Origin: an uncultured Bacilli bacterium
GTDB taxonomy: Bacteria > Bacillota_I > Bacilli_A > RF39 > UBA660
NCBI GenBank assembly: GCA_934098345.1
Contig: CAKONX010000001.1
Location: 9,510-73,509 of the forward strand
Direction of reading: 5' to 3'
Length of the DNA: 64,000 nt
The translations under genes and the position numbers were made by a program. The notes under the pieces were generated by a model. It had not been told where the DNA came from and did no database searches. It saw nothing but the letters and a program-made list of their open reading frames with translations. This document shows, piece after piece, positions 41,370-51,000 of the stretch. The number at the start of each line of letters is the position of its first letter. The first letter of the stretch is position 1.

Positions 41370-42275
41370 ATGAAAATAGTAACTTATGCATCAGTACCAA
41401 TCTTAGCATTATATCTAGGGTTGTTTTTTTATAAATACAACTCATCTTTTAATAAAGAAGAATTTTTTGAAAAACTACCTAAATTAGAGAGTAAGGAAGT
41501 AGTACAAGAGGAAACAAAACAAGTTGATGAAACTTTAGAAAATTATATTGTTGGTGTAGTTGCTTGCGAAATGCCAGCATCTTATAATGAAGAAGCATTA
41601 AAAGCTCAAGCTGTAGCAGCAAGAAGTTTTGCTTATTATAAGATGAAAAAAGAAAATTTTAATGAAGATAATTTAGTAACTTCAACTGATCAATGCTATA
41701 TTAATGATGATGCTATGAAAGAAAAATGGGGAAATACTTATGATAAATATAAAACAATTGTAACTAATGTCGTTAAAAATACCGAAGGTATTATTATCAA
41801 AAAGAATAATGAATTGTTTAAAACTTATTACTTTTCAACATCAAATGGCTATACTGAAAACGGAATGACTGTTTTTAAAAGTAATGATATAACATCAGTT
41901 TCTTCACCATGGGATACAGGTACTAGTGGATATAAACGTGATACTACATTTACAAAAAAAGAACTAGTAGAAAAATTAGGAGAGTTTACAACAATTGATA
42001 TACTAAGTAGAAATAAAACTAACCATGTTGAGAAGGTCCATGTTGGTTCTAAAACATATACTGGTATTGAATTTAGAAAACTATTAGGTTTAAGAAGCAC
42101 TGATTTTTCAGTTTTTATAGATGGAGATAATATAACTATAACAACTTTTGGATATGGCCATGGAGTAGGAATGAGTCAAAGTGGAGCTAATGAACTTGCT
42201 AAAATGAGTAAAGACTATAAATATATATTAAGTTATTACTATAATACAGATGAATTTGCAAATATTTATGTATAA
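41370..42275 (+). CDS. spoIID: stage II sporulation protein D (SpoIID/LytB amidase enhancer family)
   Basis: KAQAVAARSFAYY, YFSTSNGYTENG, YGHGVGMSQSGANELAK motifs. Confidence 0.8.
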   Translation: MKIVTYASVPILALYLGLFFYKYNSSFNKEEFFEKLPKLESKEVVQEETKQVDETLENYIVGVVACEMPASYNEEALKAQAVAARSFAYYKMKKENFNEDNLVTSTDQCYINDDAMKEKWGNTYDKYKTIVTNVVKNTEGIIIKKNNELFKTYYFSTSNGYTENGMTVFKSNDITSVSSPWDTGTSGYKRDTTFTKKELVEKLGEFTTIDILSRNKTNHVEKVHVGSKTYTGIEFRKLLGLRSTDFSVFIDGDNITITTFGYGHGVGMSQSGANELAKMSKDYKYILSYYYNTDEFANIYV

Positions 42276-42320
42276 TTTTTAAATATCCGTAAACACTTTC
42301 TATTAGGAAGGTGGATAAAG

Positions 42321-42953
42321 ATGAAAAAGAGAAGATTAAAATCTTGGGTTGTAACTAGTTTATTTGTTTTACTAATTGCTGGATTAGTTGGTATAACTAT
42401 TGGAGTATCAAAAAGTATTATTAAATCAATGAATGTTGATAATAATTCTTATGTACTAAGAGATATTGCTAATTATTACTTACCAGTAAACTCAGAAATA
42501 GAAAACTTAATCAAACATCCTTTCAGTGATGAATCTGTTTCTATTCATATTAACTTCTATGATAAAGCAAGTGATGAAGAACAAAAACAAAAATCTTTAA
42601 TTAAATATGAAAGAACATATCTACCAAATACAGGTGTCCTTTATGGAAGTGAAAAGTCATTTGATGTCTTAGCTGTATTTGAAGGAGAAGTAATCAACGT
42701 AAGTGATGATGAAATGTTTGGAAAAACTATTGAGATTAAACATAAAAACAACTTAACAAGTAAATATTCAAGTTTATCTAGCACTAATGTTAATGTTGGA
42801 GACATGGTTCAAACTGGTGAAGTAATTGGAAAAAGTGGTAATAATAAAATAGTTTCAGTTAGTCAAAATATGTTACTATGTGAATTAATATATAATGGTG
42901 AGTATGTAAACCCAGAGAAGTATTTCAATACTAAAATTGAAGAGATGAATTAA
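42321..42953 (+). CDS. spoIIQ: SpoIIQ-like membrane protein with degenerate (catalytically inactive) M23/LytM domain
   Basis: N-terminal TM; LytM fold with HxxxD replaced (NTGVLYGSE) and HxH replaced (LLCELIYNGEYVNP vs HLHFEIR.NG..VNP); adjacent to spoIID as in Clostridia. Confidence 0.5.
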   Translation: MKKRRLKSWVVTSLFVLLIAGLVGITIGVSKSIIKSMNVDNNSYVLRDIANYYLPVNSEIENLIKHPFSDESVSIHINFYDKASDEEQKQKSLIKYERTYLPNTGVLYGSEKSFDVLAVFEGEVINVSDDEMFGKTIEIKHKNNLTSKYSSLSSTNVNVGDMVQTGEVIGKSGNNKIVSVSQNMLLCELIYNGEYVNPEKYFNTKIEEMN

Positions 42954-43188
42954 TATAAAAAATATATATGTTAAATTAACTGATAAATACATATATACAT
43001 ACTCCGATAAATTAAAAAAATATGATTCTAAATATATAAAACATGGAACTGTTGATGACGTATTCAAACTAATAGATTATTTAAATAAAATTCTAGAAAA
43101 AAATATTTTTAAAATTAAATATACTTTTATTCTAGATACTCTTCTTTCCAACAGTGATCTTTTTACTTTTAAATATGTATTTGAATCA

Positions 43189-43464
43189 ATGGGATTAATT
43201 AACTATAAGATAATAAATGACTTAGATATAATAAAAAAACATGTAACTGATGATAATATAGTAATAATGAATTGGTCTAGTTCAATAAACTATTGTTATA
43301 AAAATAATAATGAAATAGTAGTTAATAAATATAACACTAATATAATAAATAGTTTAGATAAAAAATATATTTTAACTATAGGTGATACTGATATTTCAAA
43401 TAAAATAAAAAAACCCATATATAAATATGAGTTTGATGAAAAGGTAATATTTAATTATTTATAA
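43189..43464 (+). CDS. hypothetical small protein
   Basis: 91 aa ORF in AT-rich DNA; weak. Confidence 0.2.
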   Translation: MGLINYKIINDLDIIKKHVTDDNIVIMNWSSSINYCYKNNNEIVVNKYNTNIINSLDKKYILTIGDTDISNKIKKPIYKYEFDEKVIFNYL

Positions 43465-43498
43465 ATATTATCTTTTTTTTGATATAATAATTATAAAC

Positions 43499-43596
43499 AA
43501 AAAAAACGAAGCAGTCCCCCTGAGAACTGCTTCAAAGAATAAAAAGGGGTTGGCTAGTGTGATACTAGCACCAATTCGCCTGTAAGTGAATTGGTA
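43499..43596 (-). ncRNA. candidate C-rich small RNA (sRNA-1) with own sigma-A-like promoter and intrinsic terminator
   Basis: Minus strand: TTGACA-17nt-TAGTAT, then AUGUAGUACCAAUUC-acuuacaggc-GAAUUGGU GCUAGU-aucaca-CUAGC CAACCCCUUUUUUAUUCUUU GAAGCAGU-ucucaggggg-ACUGCUUC-GU8. Confidence 0.4.
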
Positions 43597-43673
43597 CTAC
43601 ATATACTAATCGATTTGCCTATTTTTGTCAACACTTTTTTGACTTTTATTTGAAATTTTTATGGAGGAATATA

Positions 43674-45658
43674 TGGAACTAGAAAACGTAAAAGGAATTG
43701 GTCCAAAAACAAAAGAATTATTAAATAAAATTAATATATATTCTGTAGATGAACTAGTTAGGTATTATCCATATCGTTATAATATTTATAGTCCAGAAAA
43801 CATACTTAATCATGAAGATGAACAAATATGTATTACTGGAATGATAGAAGGAGTACCAAAACTTAGTTACATTAAAAGAAACTTAAATAAAATTAGTTTT
43901 ACATTTCTAACAAATAATATAAGATGCAATGTTGTTATATTTAATCGTGCTTTTATAAATAGATATTTAACAGTTGGTAAATATATTACATTAGTTGGAA
44001 AATATAAAAAGGATAAAAACCAATTTATAGCAAGTGATATTAAACTTAAACCTATATATAAAACTGAAGTAGAACCTGTATATCATTTAGTTAATGGTCT
44101 TAAAACTTCAACATTAGAAAGTAGTATTAAATCTATATTAGAAAGCAATATTGAAATAAATGAAATAGTACCTGATTTTATAAATGATATGTATGGATTT
44201 ATTAAAAGTAAAGATGCTATAAAAGAAATACATTTTCCAACAAGTTTAGAAGAAACAAAAAAAGCTAATTTAAAATTAAAATATGAAGAGTTATTTGAAT
44301 TTTTGTTTAAAATAAATATTATAAAATATAGAAATCAATTGTTTAATGATTATGTAATTAAACACGTTGATGAATCTATGATTGATTCAATAAAGAAACA
44401 AATACCTTATAGTTTAACAGGAGATCAAGAAACAACTCTAAATGAAATTATAGATGACTTTAATAGTTTTAAAAGAATGAATAGACTTATAATGGGAGAT
44501 GTTGGATGTGGTAAAACTATAGTTGCTTTTATTGCTGTTATGTTAAATTATAAATGTGGTTATCAGAGTGCAATACTTGCTCCAACTGAAGTATTAGCAA
44601 GTCAACATTATGAAAACTTTATAAGTTTATTTCCCGATATTAGAGTTGAATTTCTTGTAGGAAGTAAAACTAAAAAGCAAAAAGAAGTAATCAAAGAAAA
44701 ATTAAAAAATGGAGAAGTAGATGTTTTAATTGGAACACATGCAATGCTTGAAGATGATGTTGAATTTAAAAATATTGGTTTAGTAGTAACAGATGAACAA
44801 CATCGTTTTGGAGTTAATCAAAGAAAGAGTTTACAAAATAAAGGTGAATTTGTTGATGTTCTTTATTTATCAGCAACACCCATACCAAGAACATACGCTT
44901 TAACAATTTATGGTGATATGGATATTTCCATTATTAAAGAGAAACCAGCTGGAAGAAAAGATATAGTTACTAAATTATTAAAGTTTAGTGAAATGGAAAC
45001 TGTTTTAAAAACAATTAAAGAAGAAATTGATAATCATCATCAAGTTTATGTCGTAGCTCCTTTAATAGAGGAAAGTGAATCTGATTTAAATGATGTAAAT
45101 ACTATATATGAACTTATTAGTAAAAATATAAGAGATATAAAAATAGATATATTACATGGTAAGATGAAAAATGTTGATAAAGACAGAGTTATCAACAATT
45201 TTAAAGAAGGAAAATTAGATTTAATTATATCTACAACTGTAATAGAAGTAGGAGTAGATGTCAAAAATGCAACATTAATGGTTATATTTAATGCAGAACG
45301 TTTTGGACTTGCAACTCTACACCAATTAAGAGGAAGAGTTGGAAGAAATAGCTTAGATTCAAAATGTATTTTAATAAGTGATCAAGAAAAAGAAAGATTA
45401 CATGTATTGGAAGAAAGCAATGATGGATTCTATGTTTCTGAAATGGACTTTAAAATGCGTGGAAGTGGAGATTTATTTGGAATAAGACAAAGTGGAGATA
45501 TGATATTTAAAATTGCAGATTTAAAGAAAGATTATAAAATACTTTTACAATGTAAAAAGGATGTTGATAAATTTATTCTAGATAATATTGAAAATAGTTT
45601 TAGAAATTACTCGTATTATAATGCTATATTAGAAAGCTTAATGAATAATAACGATTAG
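43674..45658 (+). CDS. recG: ATP-dependent DNA helicase RecG
   Basis: wedge domain, Walker A GDVGCGKT, DEQHRFG, SATPIPRT, C-terminal helicase motifs; start at MELENV after GGAGG. Confidence 0.9.
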
Positions 45659-45666
45659 GAGGATTT

Positions 45667-46104
45667 ATGAAAAAATTTGAAATATTAATAGATACATATG
45701 AAGGTAAAATAGATGAATTCTTATTAAGCCTTGATGGAATAAAAGAAGTTCATATAAAAGAAGATAAATGGAAAACTGACATTAATATATTATATAACGA
45801 TAAAAATATATCAATTATTGATATAAAAGATAAACTTATAGAATATGTAGATGCAGTAAACGTACCTTCTATACTATCATTTAACAAATTTGAAGAAAAA
45901 AATATTAATAAAGAAATATTTTTAGGTGATGGGTGTTGTGAATATTGTATGAATGGAACAATAGAAGAACTACTGGAAATAGATGGAATAAATTCAGCAT
46001 CATATGAAGATGGTAGAGACTTTTTCAATGTAACATTAAAATTAAGTTATAATCCAGATAAAATAAACAATGAAAAATTAGAACAAATAATAAAAGAACT
46101 ATAA
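45667..46104 (+). CDS. hypothetical protein (CCEYC motif)
   Basis: 145 aa, coupled 8 nt after recG. Confidence 0.45.
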   Translation: MKKFEILIDTYEGKIDEFLLSLDGIKEVHIKEDKWKTDINILYNDKNISIIDIKDKLIEYVDAVNVPSILSFNKFEEKNINKEIFLGDGCCEYCMNGTIEELLEIDGINSASYEDGRDFFNVTLKLSYNPDKINNEKLEQIIKEL

Positions 46105-46171
46105 GTGTCAATATTTAAAATTTGTATTCAAATATATTGACAGAATTTTAAAATTTGTATATCATTATATG

Positions 46172-46276
46172 TAGCATGATAGACTTCCTATCATGCCCGA
46201 TATATCTAACGATTATTAACAATGTTAGTATATCAACCAAAACCCCCTGGCCATCCTTTATGGATGGCGTTTTTTT
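46172..46276 (+). ncRNA. candidate C-rich small RNA (sRNA-2), paralog-like to sRNA-1; 3' hairpin also serves as terminator of upstream operon
   Basis: TTGACA(46137)-17nt-TATCAT(46160), then AUGUAGCAUGAUAG-acuuc-CUAUCAUGC ... CAACCAAAACCCCCUG GCCAUCC-uuuau-GGAUGGC-GU7. Confidence 0.35.
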
Positions 46277-46395
46277 ATGCATATAAGTCTCATTATATAT
46301 CTGACATTCTTTCATAATTAGAAAAAGATATATTTATATAGCGTATAATCGCGATTTATATGATATAATTAATAATGTATACAGGAGGTTTATAT

Positions 46396-47508
46396 ATGGC
46401 ATATAGAAAGTCTTTTATTAAGTGGGCAGGAGGAAAAGAAAAAGAGCTTCCAATTATATTAAATAATTTACCTAAAAAAATTGACAGATATATAGAACCT
46501 TTTGTTGGCGGAGGAGCAGTATATTTTAATATAAATAAATCAAAGTCAATTATCAATGATAAATCAACTGAATTAATACTTTTATATAAAATGATTAAAT
46601 CTAAAAATAAATTTTTTGTTAAAAGCATTAACGAAATAAATAATAATTGGTTAGACCTTGAAAATATTGTTATTAGTAATTCGTCAGAACTTATAAATAT
46701 ATATGACGATTATAAAAATGATAAGAATACTTTAGATGAATTAATTGATCTATTTATGTCTAATCATAAAAAAGAAATAGCAAAATTGTTGAAAGATGAT
46801 ATTGATATAAATTTATATAATTTTGAAATTGAAATTAAGAAAAATTTAAAATCAAAATTAAGCAGAATGCTTAAAATAGAGAACATAAGGAATGAGATGT
46901 CTGAAGAAGATATAATGAGTAATATTGAAACCGCATTTAAAAGTGCATACTATATGTATTTTAGATATTTATACAACAATAGAAAAAAGTTAAAACTAAG
47001 TGATCCATTTTTTGCAGCCGTATTTTATTTTATTAGAGATTATTGTTATGCGTCTATGTTTAGATATAATTCCATTGGTGAATTCAATGTCCCTTATGGT
47101 GGCATAAGCTATAATAGAAAAAACTTTAAGAAGAAAATTAAATATATTACATCGGAAGACTTAAGTGAATACATGAAAGAAACAGAAATTTATAATATGG
47201 ATTTTGAAGACTTTTGTAAATCTATAGAACTAAATGAAAATGACTTTATGTTTTTAGATCCTCCTTATGATACAGAGTTTTCTACTTATGCAAAAAATGA
47301 TTTTGATAAAGCTGATCAAATAAGATTAGCTAACTTTCTGAAAAATACCAAAGCAAAATTCATGTTAATAATAAAAAATACTGATTTTATTTATAATCTA
47401 TACAAAGATAAAGGATTTAATATTAACTCATTTGACAAAAAGTATTTAGTAAGTTTCATGAATAGAAATGATAAAAATGTTGAACATTTGATAATTACAA
47501 ACTATTAA
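46396..47508 (+). CDS. Dam-like (alpha-class) DNA N6-adenine methyltransferase
   Basis: Motif [11 protein letters not shown], motif IV FLDPPYD; D12-class order; extended -10 TGATATAAT upstream and AGGAGG RBS. Confidence 0.85.
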   Translation: MAYRKSFIKWAGGKEKELPIILNNLPKKIDRYIEPFVGGGAVYFNINKSKSIINDKSTELILLYKMIKSKNKFFVKSINEINNNWLDLENIVISNSSELINIYDDYKNDKNTLDELIDLFMSNHKKEIAKLLKDDIDINLYNFEIEIKKNLKSKLSRMLKIENIRNEMSEEDIMSNIETAFKSAYYMYFRYLYNNRKKLKLSDPFFAAVFYFIRDYCYASMFRYNSIGEFNVPYGGISYNRKNFKKKIKYITSEDLSEYMKETEIYNMDFEDFCKSIELNENDFMFLDPPYDTEFSTYAKNDFDKADQIRLANFLKNTKAKFMLIIKNTDFIYNLYKDKGFNINSFDKKYLVSFMNRNDKNVEHLIITNY

Positions 47509-47525
47509 TAATTAGGAGGTAAACG

Positions 47526-48680
47526 ATGAATGATAAAAACTCTATAAAAAGTACAATTGTTATAGCAATAAATAATATACTATCTTCGAGGAAAGGATCC
47601 AAATATGCTGACATTCAAGAAATTTATAAAGAGGTAGCTTTATTAAAAGGTGTTGAAATAAGTGAATCTTTAAAAGCGCAAGTACGTGGCAGACTACAAG
47701 AACATTGCTCACAGTATAAAAACTATACTGGACCAGATGATTTGTTTGAAACGAAGGCAATTAATTCTGGATGTTGGAAAAATAAAATTACAGGTGAGAA
47801 GAGTATAAGAAAGCATATTATATCATTAGTTAACGAGTTTCCAGGAATCGATATTACTCAATTAAAAGAATATATATTAACATCAATGAAGGATGAACTT
47901 ACTGAGGCCGATAAAATAGAAAGCAAAACGAGACCTGGAGAAATGAAGGTAGAACAAATAATAAGAAATCTCGTTTCTCATAGAGATAGTTATAAAGATG
48001 TTATTGAATTTAAAAAAGAAAATGAAATCACAAGACTTTATCCTAAACATGTAGAGGCAGGAGATGATGAAGATACTTTAGTTTCAATAGATGATGAAGT
48101 AATTGAAAAGGTATTAAATAAAGAAGAAGAAAAGCCAATTATTGATCAAGAAGAAACTAAACTATTAACATTAGTTGAAATACCTAATAAAAAAAGTAAA
48201 AATAATCTTTCAAAAAAAACATATATTAGAAAAAGTGATTTTGAAAGAAAACTACAAGAATATAATAAAAAAATGGATAACGGATATGTTGCAGAGGGAT
48301 TAGCATATCAACATGAAATAGATAAACTAGTCTCAATGGGTAGAAAAGATCTGGCTGAAAAAGTAAGATGGGTATCCAGAGATGATGGCGATGGATATGG
48401 TTATGATATTCAATCTTTTGATACTATTAATGGTGAAGATAAGATAATATACATAGAAGTCAAAAGTACATCAGATAGTATTAGTTCGGATTTTGAAATG
48501 TCGGCAAATGAAATTAAATTTGCTGAGGAACATATAGATGAATTTAAAATTTATAGAGTATATAAGAATAAAAATGTTGCAAATTTTTATATAATAGAAT
48601 CTGGAAACGACTTAAAAAATGATTTTGAGATTGAACCGACGAAATTTAAAGTTTCTATTAAACCAATAGAGAAAGAGTGA
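47526..48680 (+). CDS. DUF3883 (NO VEIN C-terminal-like) PD-(D/E)xK nuclease-fold protein; putative restriction/effector nuclease
   Basis: C-terminal ...DGDGYGYDIQSFD...IIYIEVKSTSD... (D...EVK signature) followed by YRVYK; co-transcribed 18 nt after the MTase (AGGAGG RBS). Confidence 0.55.
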   Translation: MNDKNSIKSTIVIAINNILSSRKGSKYADIQEIYKEVALLKGVEISESLKAQVRGRLQEHCSQYKNYTGPDDLFETKAINSGCWKNKITGEKSIRKHIISLVNEFPGIDITQLKEYILTSMKDELTEADKIESKTRPGEMKVEQIIRNLVSHRDSYKDVIEFKKENEITRLYPKHVEAGDDEDTLVSIDDEVIEKVLNKEEEKPIIDQEETKLLTLVEIPNKKSKNNLSKKTYIRKSDFERKLQEYNKKMDNGYVAEGLAYQHEIDKLVSMGRKDLAEKVRWVSRDDGDGYGYDIQSFDTINGEDKIIYIEVKSTSDSISSDFEMSANEIKFAEEHIDEFKIYRVYKNKNVANFYIIESGNDLKNDFEIEPTKFKVSIKPIEKE

Positions 48681-48697
48681 GTAATCGCTCTTTTTTA
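48674..48697 (+). terminator. intrinsic terminator after MTase-nuclease operon
   Basis: AGAGTG-agtaat-CGCTCT + T6. Confidence 0.5.
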
Positions 48698-48751
48698 TTT
48701 ACTATATTTTGAGAATATAGTAAATAAAAAAGAAACTACATAGTTAAAATA

Positions 48752-48780
48752 TTGACAATATATTGTCCATATAGTAATAT
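48752..48780 (+). promoter_or_regulatory. promoter of GHKL operon with overlapping 18-bp palindromic operator
   Basis: TTGACA-17-TAATAT; TTGACAATA|TATTGTCCA inverted repeat overlaps the -35. Confidence 0.5.
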
Positions 48781-48813
48781 ATATGCTATATTTAAAACGA
48801 AAGAGGTATAATT

Positions 48814-49035
48814 ATGGAAAATGAAAAAGTAAAAGAGGAAAGATTTGTTAGAATCGCTGAAAAAAGAACAAACGTTATTTTAGATACACTTAGGTTGCTA
48901 GGAAATTGTTCTAATACTAATAATTACAAATATAGTGATCAACAAGTAAAAAAAATATTTAGTGCAATAGAGCAAGAATTAAAAAATACAAAGATTAAAT
49001 TTGATAAAAAGGAAGAAAAGTTTACTTTAAAATAA
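48814..49035 (+). CDS. small basic protein, first gene of GHKL operon (possible regulator)
   Basis: 73 aa, AGAGG RBS, ends 12 nt before the GHKL gene. Confidence 0.4.
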   Translation: MENEKVKEERFVRIAEKRTNVILDTLRLLGNCSNTNNYKYSDQQVKKIFSAIEQELKNTKIKFDKKEEKFTLK

Positions 49036-49047
49036 GGCGGTATAAAT

Positions 49048-51000
49048 ATGACTGAAATGAAATGGGAATTTCCTTATACTAATGGAGGAGAAGGAGACGG
49101 ATTTAATGATTCTGGTATTCAATCTTTTAAAGATGATGCGTATACATCTTTAGCAAGAGAAATATGTCAGAATTCATTAGATGCTGTTGATGAAGGAAAG
49201 AAAGCAATTGTTGAGTTTAAAAGCTTCGATCTTGAGAGAGAAAAATTTCCCGATTATGATAGTTTTATAAATGTAATAACTCACGAAGTTGAATTTTCCA
49301 AAAAAAATTATAAAAATGTAGATACACCATTAAAATTTTATTCAGAAGCATTAAAAACATTAAAGTTAGATAAAATAAAGTGTTTAAGAATTAGTGATTT
49401 TAATACATGCGGTTTAACAGGAAGTGACAAAAAAATAAATTCAAACTGGTCCAATTTGGTAAAGAATAAAGGATTCAACGATAAACCATTAGATGCAGTT
49501 GGAGCTTTTGGAATTGGAAAAAATGCAACATTTGCTTGTTCAAAACTGAATACTGTATTTTATAGTACTATAAGTAATGATGGGTTGAAAGCCATTCAAG
49601 GTGTTGCCAGATTATCTACATACGAAACCGAAGATGGTAATATGACACAAGGTACAGGTTTTTGTGGAAAAATTGTTATTAACAATAATGGTGTTACTAA
49701 TCTTATGCATATAGAAGATTATTATAGTTTGGATCATGATTTTATTAGAAATGACAATGACTATGGTACAGATATATTTGTTCTTGGTTTCCATGATGAT
49801 AGTAATGATAAAATTAGTGACCTTGGTGATAATTGGGCAGTTTTAATAACCGCTTCACTAATAGACAACTTTCTTTTATCAATTGTAGAAGGCAAGTTAG
49901 AAATTAGAATTAATGATATTATTTTAAACAGTGAAACTATAGAAGACATTTTTAATGATATTAATTCATCTAGGCCTGATTTGTTTAATGAGTATACTGC
50001 TGAATATTTTAATGTTTTACTAGGAGATGATACAGAAAATACTGTTAATGATAAAATATCTATGTTTGAACCTGATGATGTTGAATTAATTTTAGCTTTT
50101 AATCCAAATTATCATAACAAGGTATCGATTAATAGACATACTGGAATGAAGTTGTTTGATAAAGACAGATTAGGAAATCAAGCTTTTTACAGTGGTATAC
50201 TTGTGTTAAGGGGCAAGAAAGTTAATGCTTACTTTAAAACAATGGAAAACCCAAATCACGATGGTTGGAGTTATAAAAGAGTTGGAGCTCCACAAGATGC
50301 GTATAAAATGTATTCTAAGTTATTTGACTTCGTTAGAACCAAAATAAGAGAATTTGCAATAGAAAATACTCCAGATTCTTTGGATGCACAAGGTATTGGT
50401 GAATATCTTGCAGATGAGTTTGATATAGGAAATAATAATTCTGAAAAGGAAGATATAAATAACGATATAGTAGAAGAAATTGAAGTAAAAGAAAAGAAAC
50501 CAATTTCTTTAACTCAAATTACAGTAGATGATCCAGAAGCTAATGATCCTTTACAAGTTTTAGGAAAAGATAGTGAGGACGGTGAACTTGAAGGAACTAT
50601 ACCTAGAGGGAATTTAAATGAGACTGATGATGGAAGTGGTACAAAAATTGAAGGGGACAAAGGAAATGGCGGTTTTTACTTTGATTCTCTTGGTAATGTA
50701 AGAGCCAATAAAATTAGAAGTTATAATACTGGAGAACAATATAACCTAATATTTTCTGTACCTACGAATGTGGATGAATTGGTAATTGATGTTCAGATAG
50801 CCGGTGAACAATCAAATTATAAACCGGTAATCAAATTCGCTAATATGAAAGGTGTAATAATAAGTAATAATTTAGAAATAAAAGATAATCAAATTAAATT
50901 AAAAAAGGTTAAAGCAAATAATAATTATAACGTTAGTTTTAAGTTGAGCGATGATAAAAAGTGGTCATTGGAGGTAAATTTATATGAGAATAAAAAGTAA
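49048..51000 (+). CDS. GHKL (Bergerat-fold) ATPase, paraMORC/HATPase_c_3-like, 650 aa
   Basis: N-box REICQNSLDA (E...N..DA), G-box NKGFNDKPLDAVGAFGIGKNATFA, GT-lid QGTGFCGK; C-terminal about 350 aa with no recognised domain. Confidence 0.6.
   Translation: MTEMKWEFPYTNGGEGDGFNDSGIQSFKDDAYTSLAREICQNSLDAVDEGKKAIVEFKSFDLEREKFPDYDSFINVITHEVEFSKKNYKNVDTPLKFYSEALKTLKLDKIKCLRISDFNTCGLTGSDKKINSNWSNLVKNKGFNDKPLDAVGAFGIGKNATFACSKLNTVFYSTISNDGLKAIQGVARLSTYETEDGNMTQGTGFCGKIVINNNGVTNLMHIEDYYSLDHDFIRNDNDYGTDIFVLGFHDDSNDKISDLGDNWAVLITASLIDNFLLSIVEGKLEIRINDIILNSETIEDIFNDINSSRPDLFNEYTAEYFNVLLGDDTENTVNDKISMFEPDDVELILAFNPNYHNKVSINRHTGMKLFDKDRLGNQAFYSGILVLRGKKVNAYFKTMENPNHDGWSYKRVGAPQDAYKMYSKLFDFVRTKIREFAIENTPDSLDAQGIGEYLADEFDIGNNNSEKEDINNDIVEEIEVKEKKPISLTQITVDDPEANDPLQVLGKDSEDGELEGTIPRGNLNETDDGSGTKIEGDKGNGGFYFDSLGNVRANKIRSYNTGEQYNLIFSVPTNVDELVIDVQIAGEQSNYKPVIKFANMKGVIISNNLEIKDNQIKLKKVKANNNYNVSFKLSDDKKWSLEVNLYENKK

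Noticed and set aside
43508-43533. Hairpin gaagcagt...actgcttc read as a plus-strand terminator for ORF 43189-43464
   Set aside because: On the plus strand it is followed by AAAGAATAAAAAGGGG rather than a T-run. The T-run (A8 on plus) lies on the other side, so it terminates minus-strand transcription.
49048-51000. GHKL ATPase considered as a housekeeping HtpG (Hsp90) chaperone because of size (650 aa) and a GxFGxG lid
   Set aside because: It lacks the HtpG N-terminal and middle-domain signature blocks and the conserved C-terminal dimerisation region. It sits in a tightly coupled operon with two unknown genes behind an operator-controlled promoter, next to an MTase-nuclease pair. This cannot be fully excluded without a profile search.
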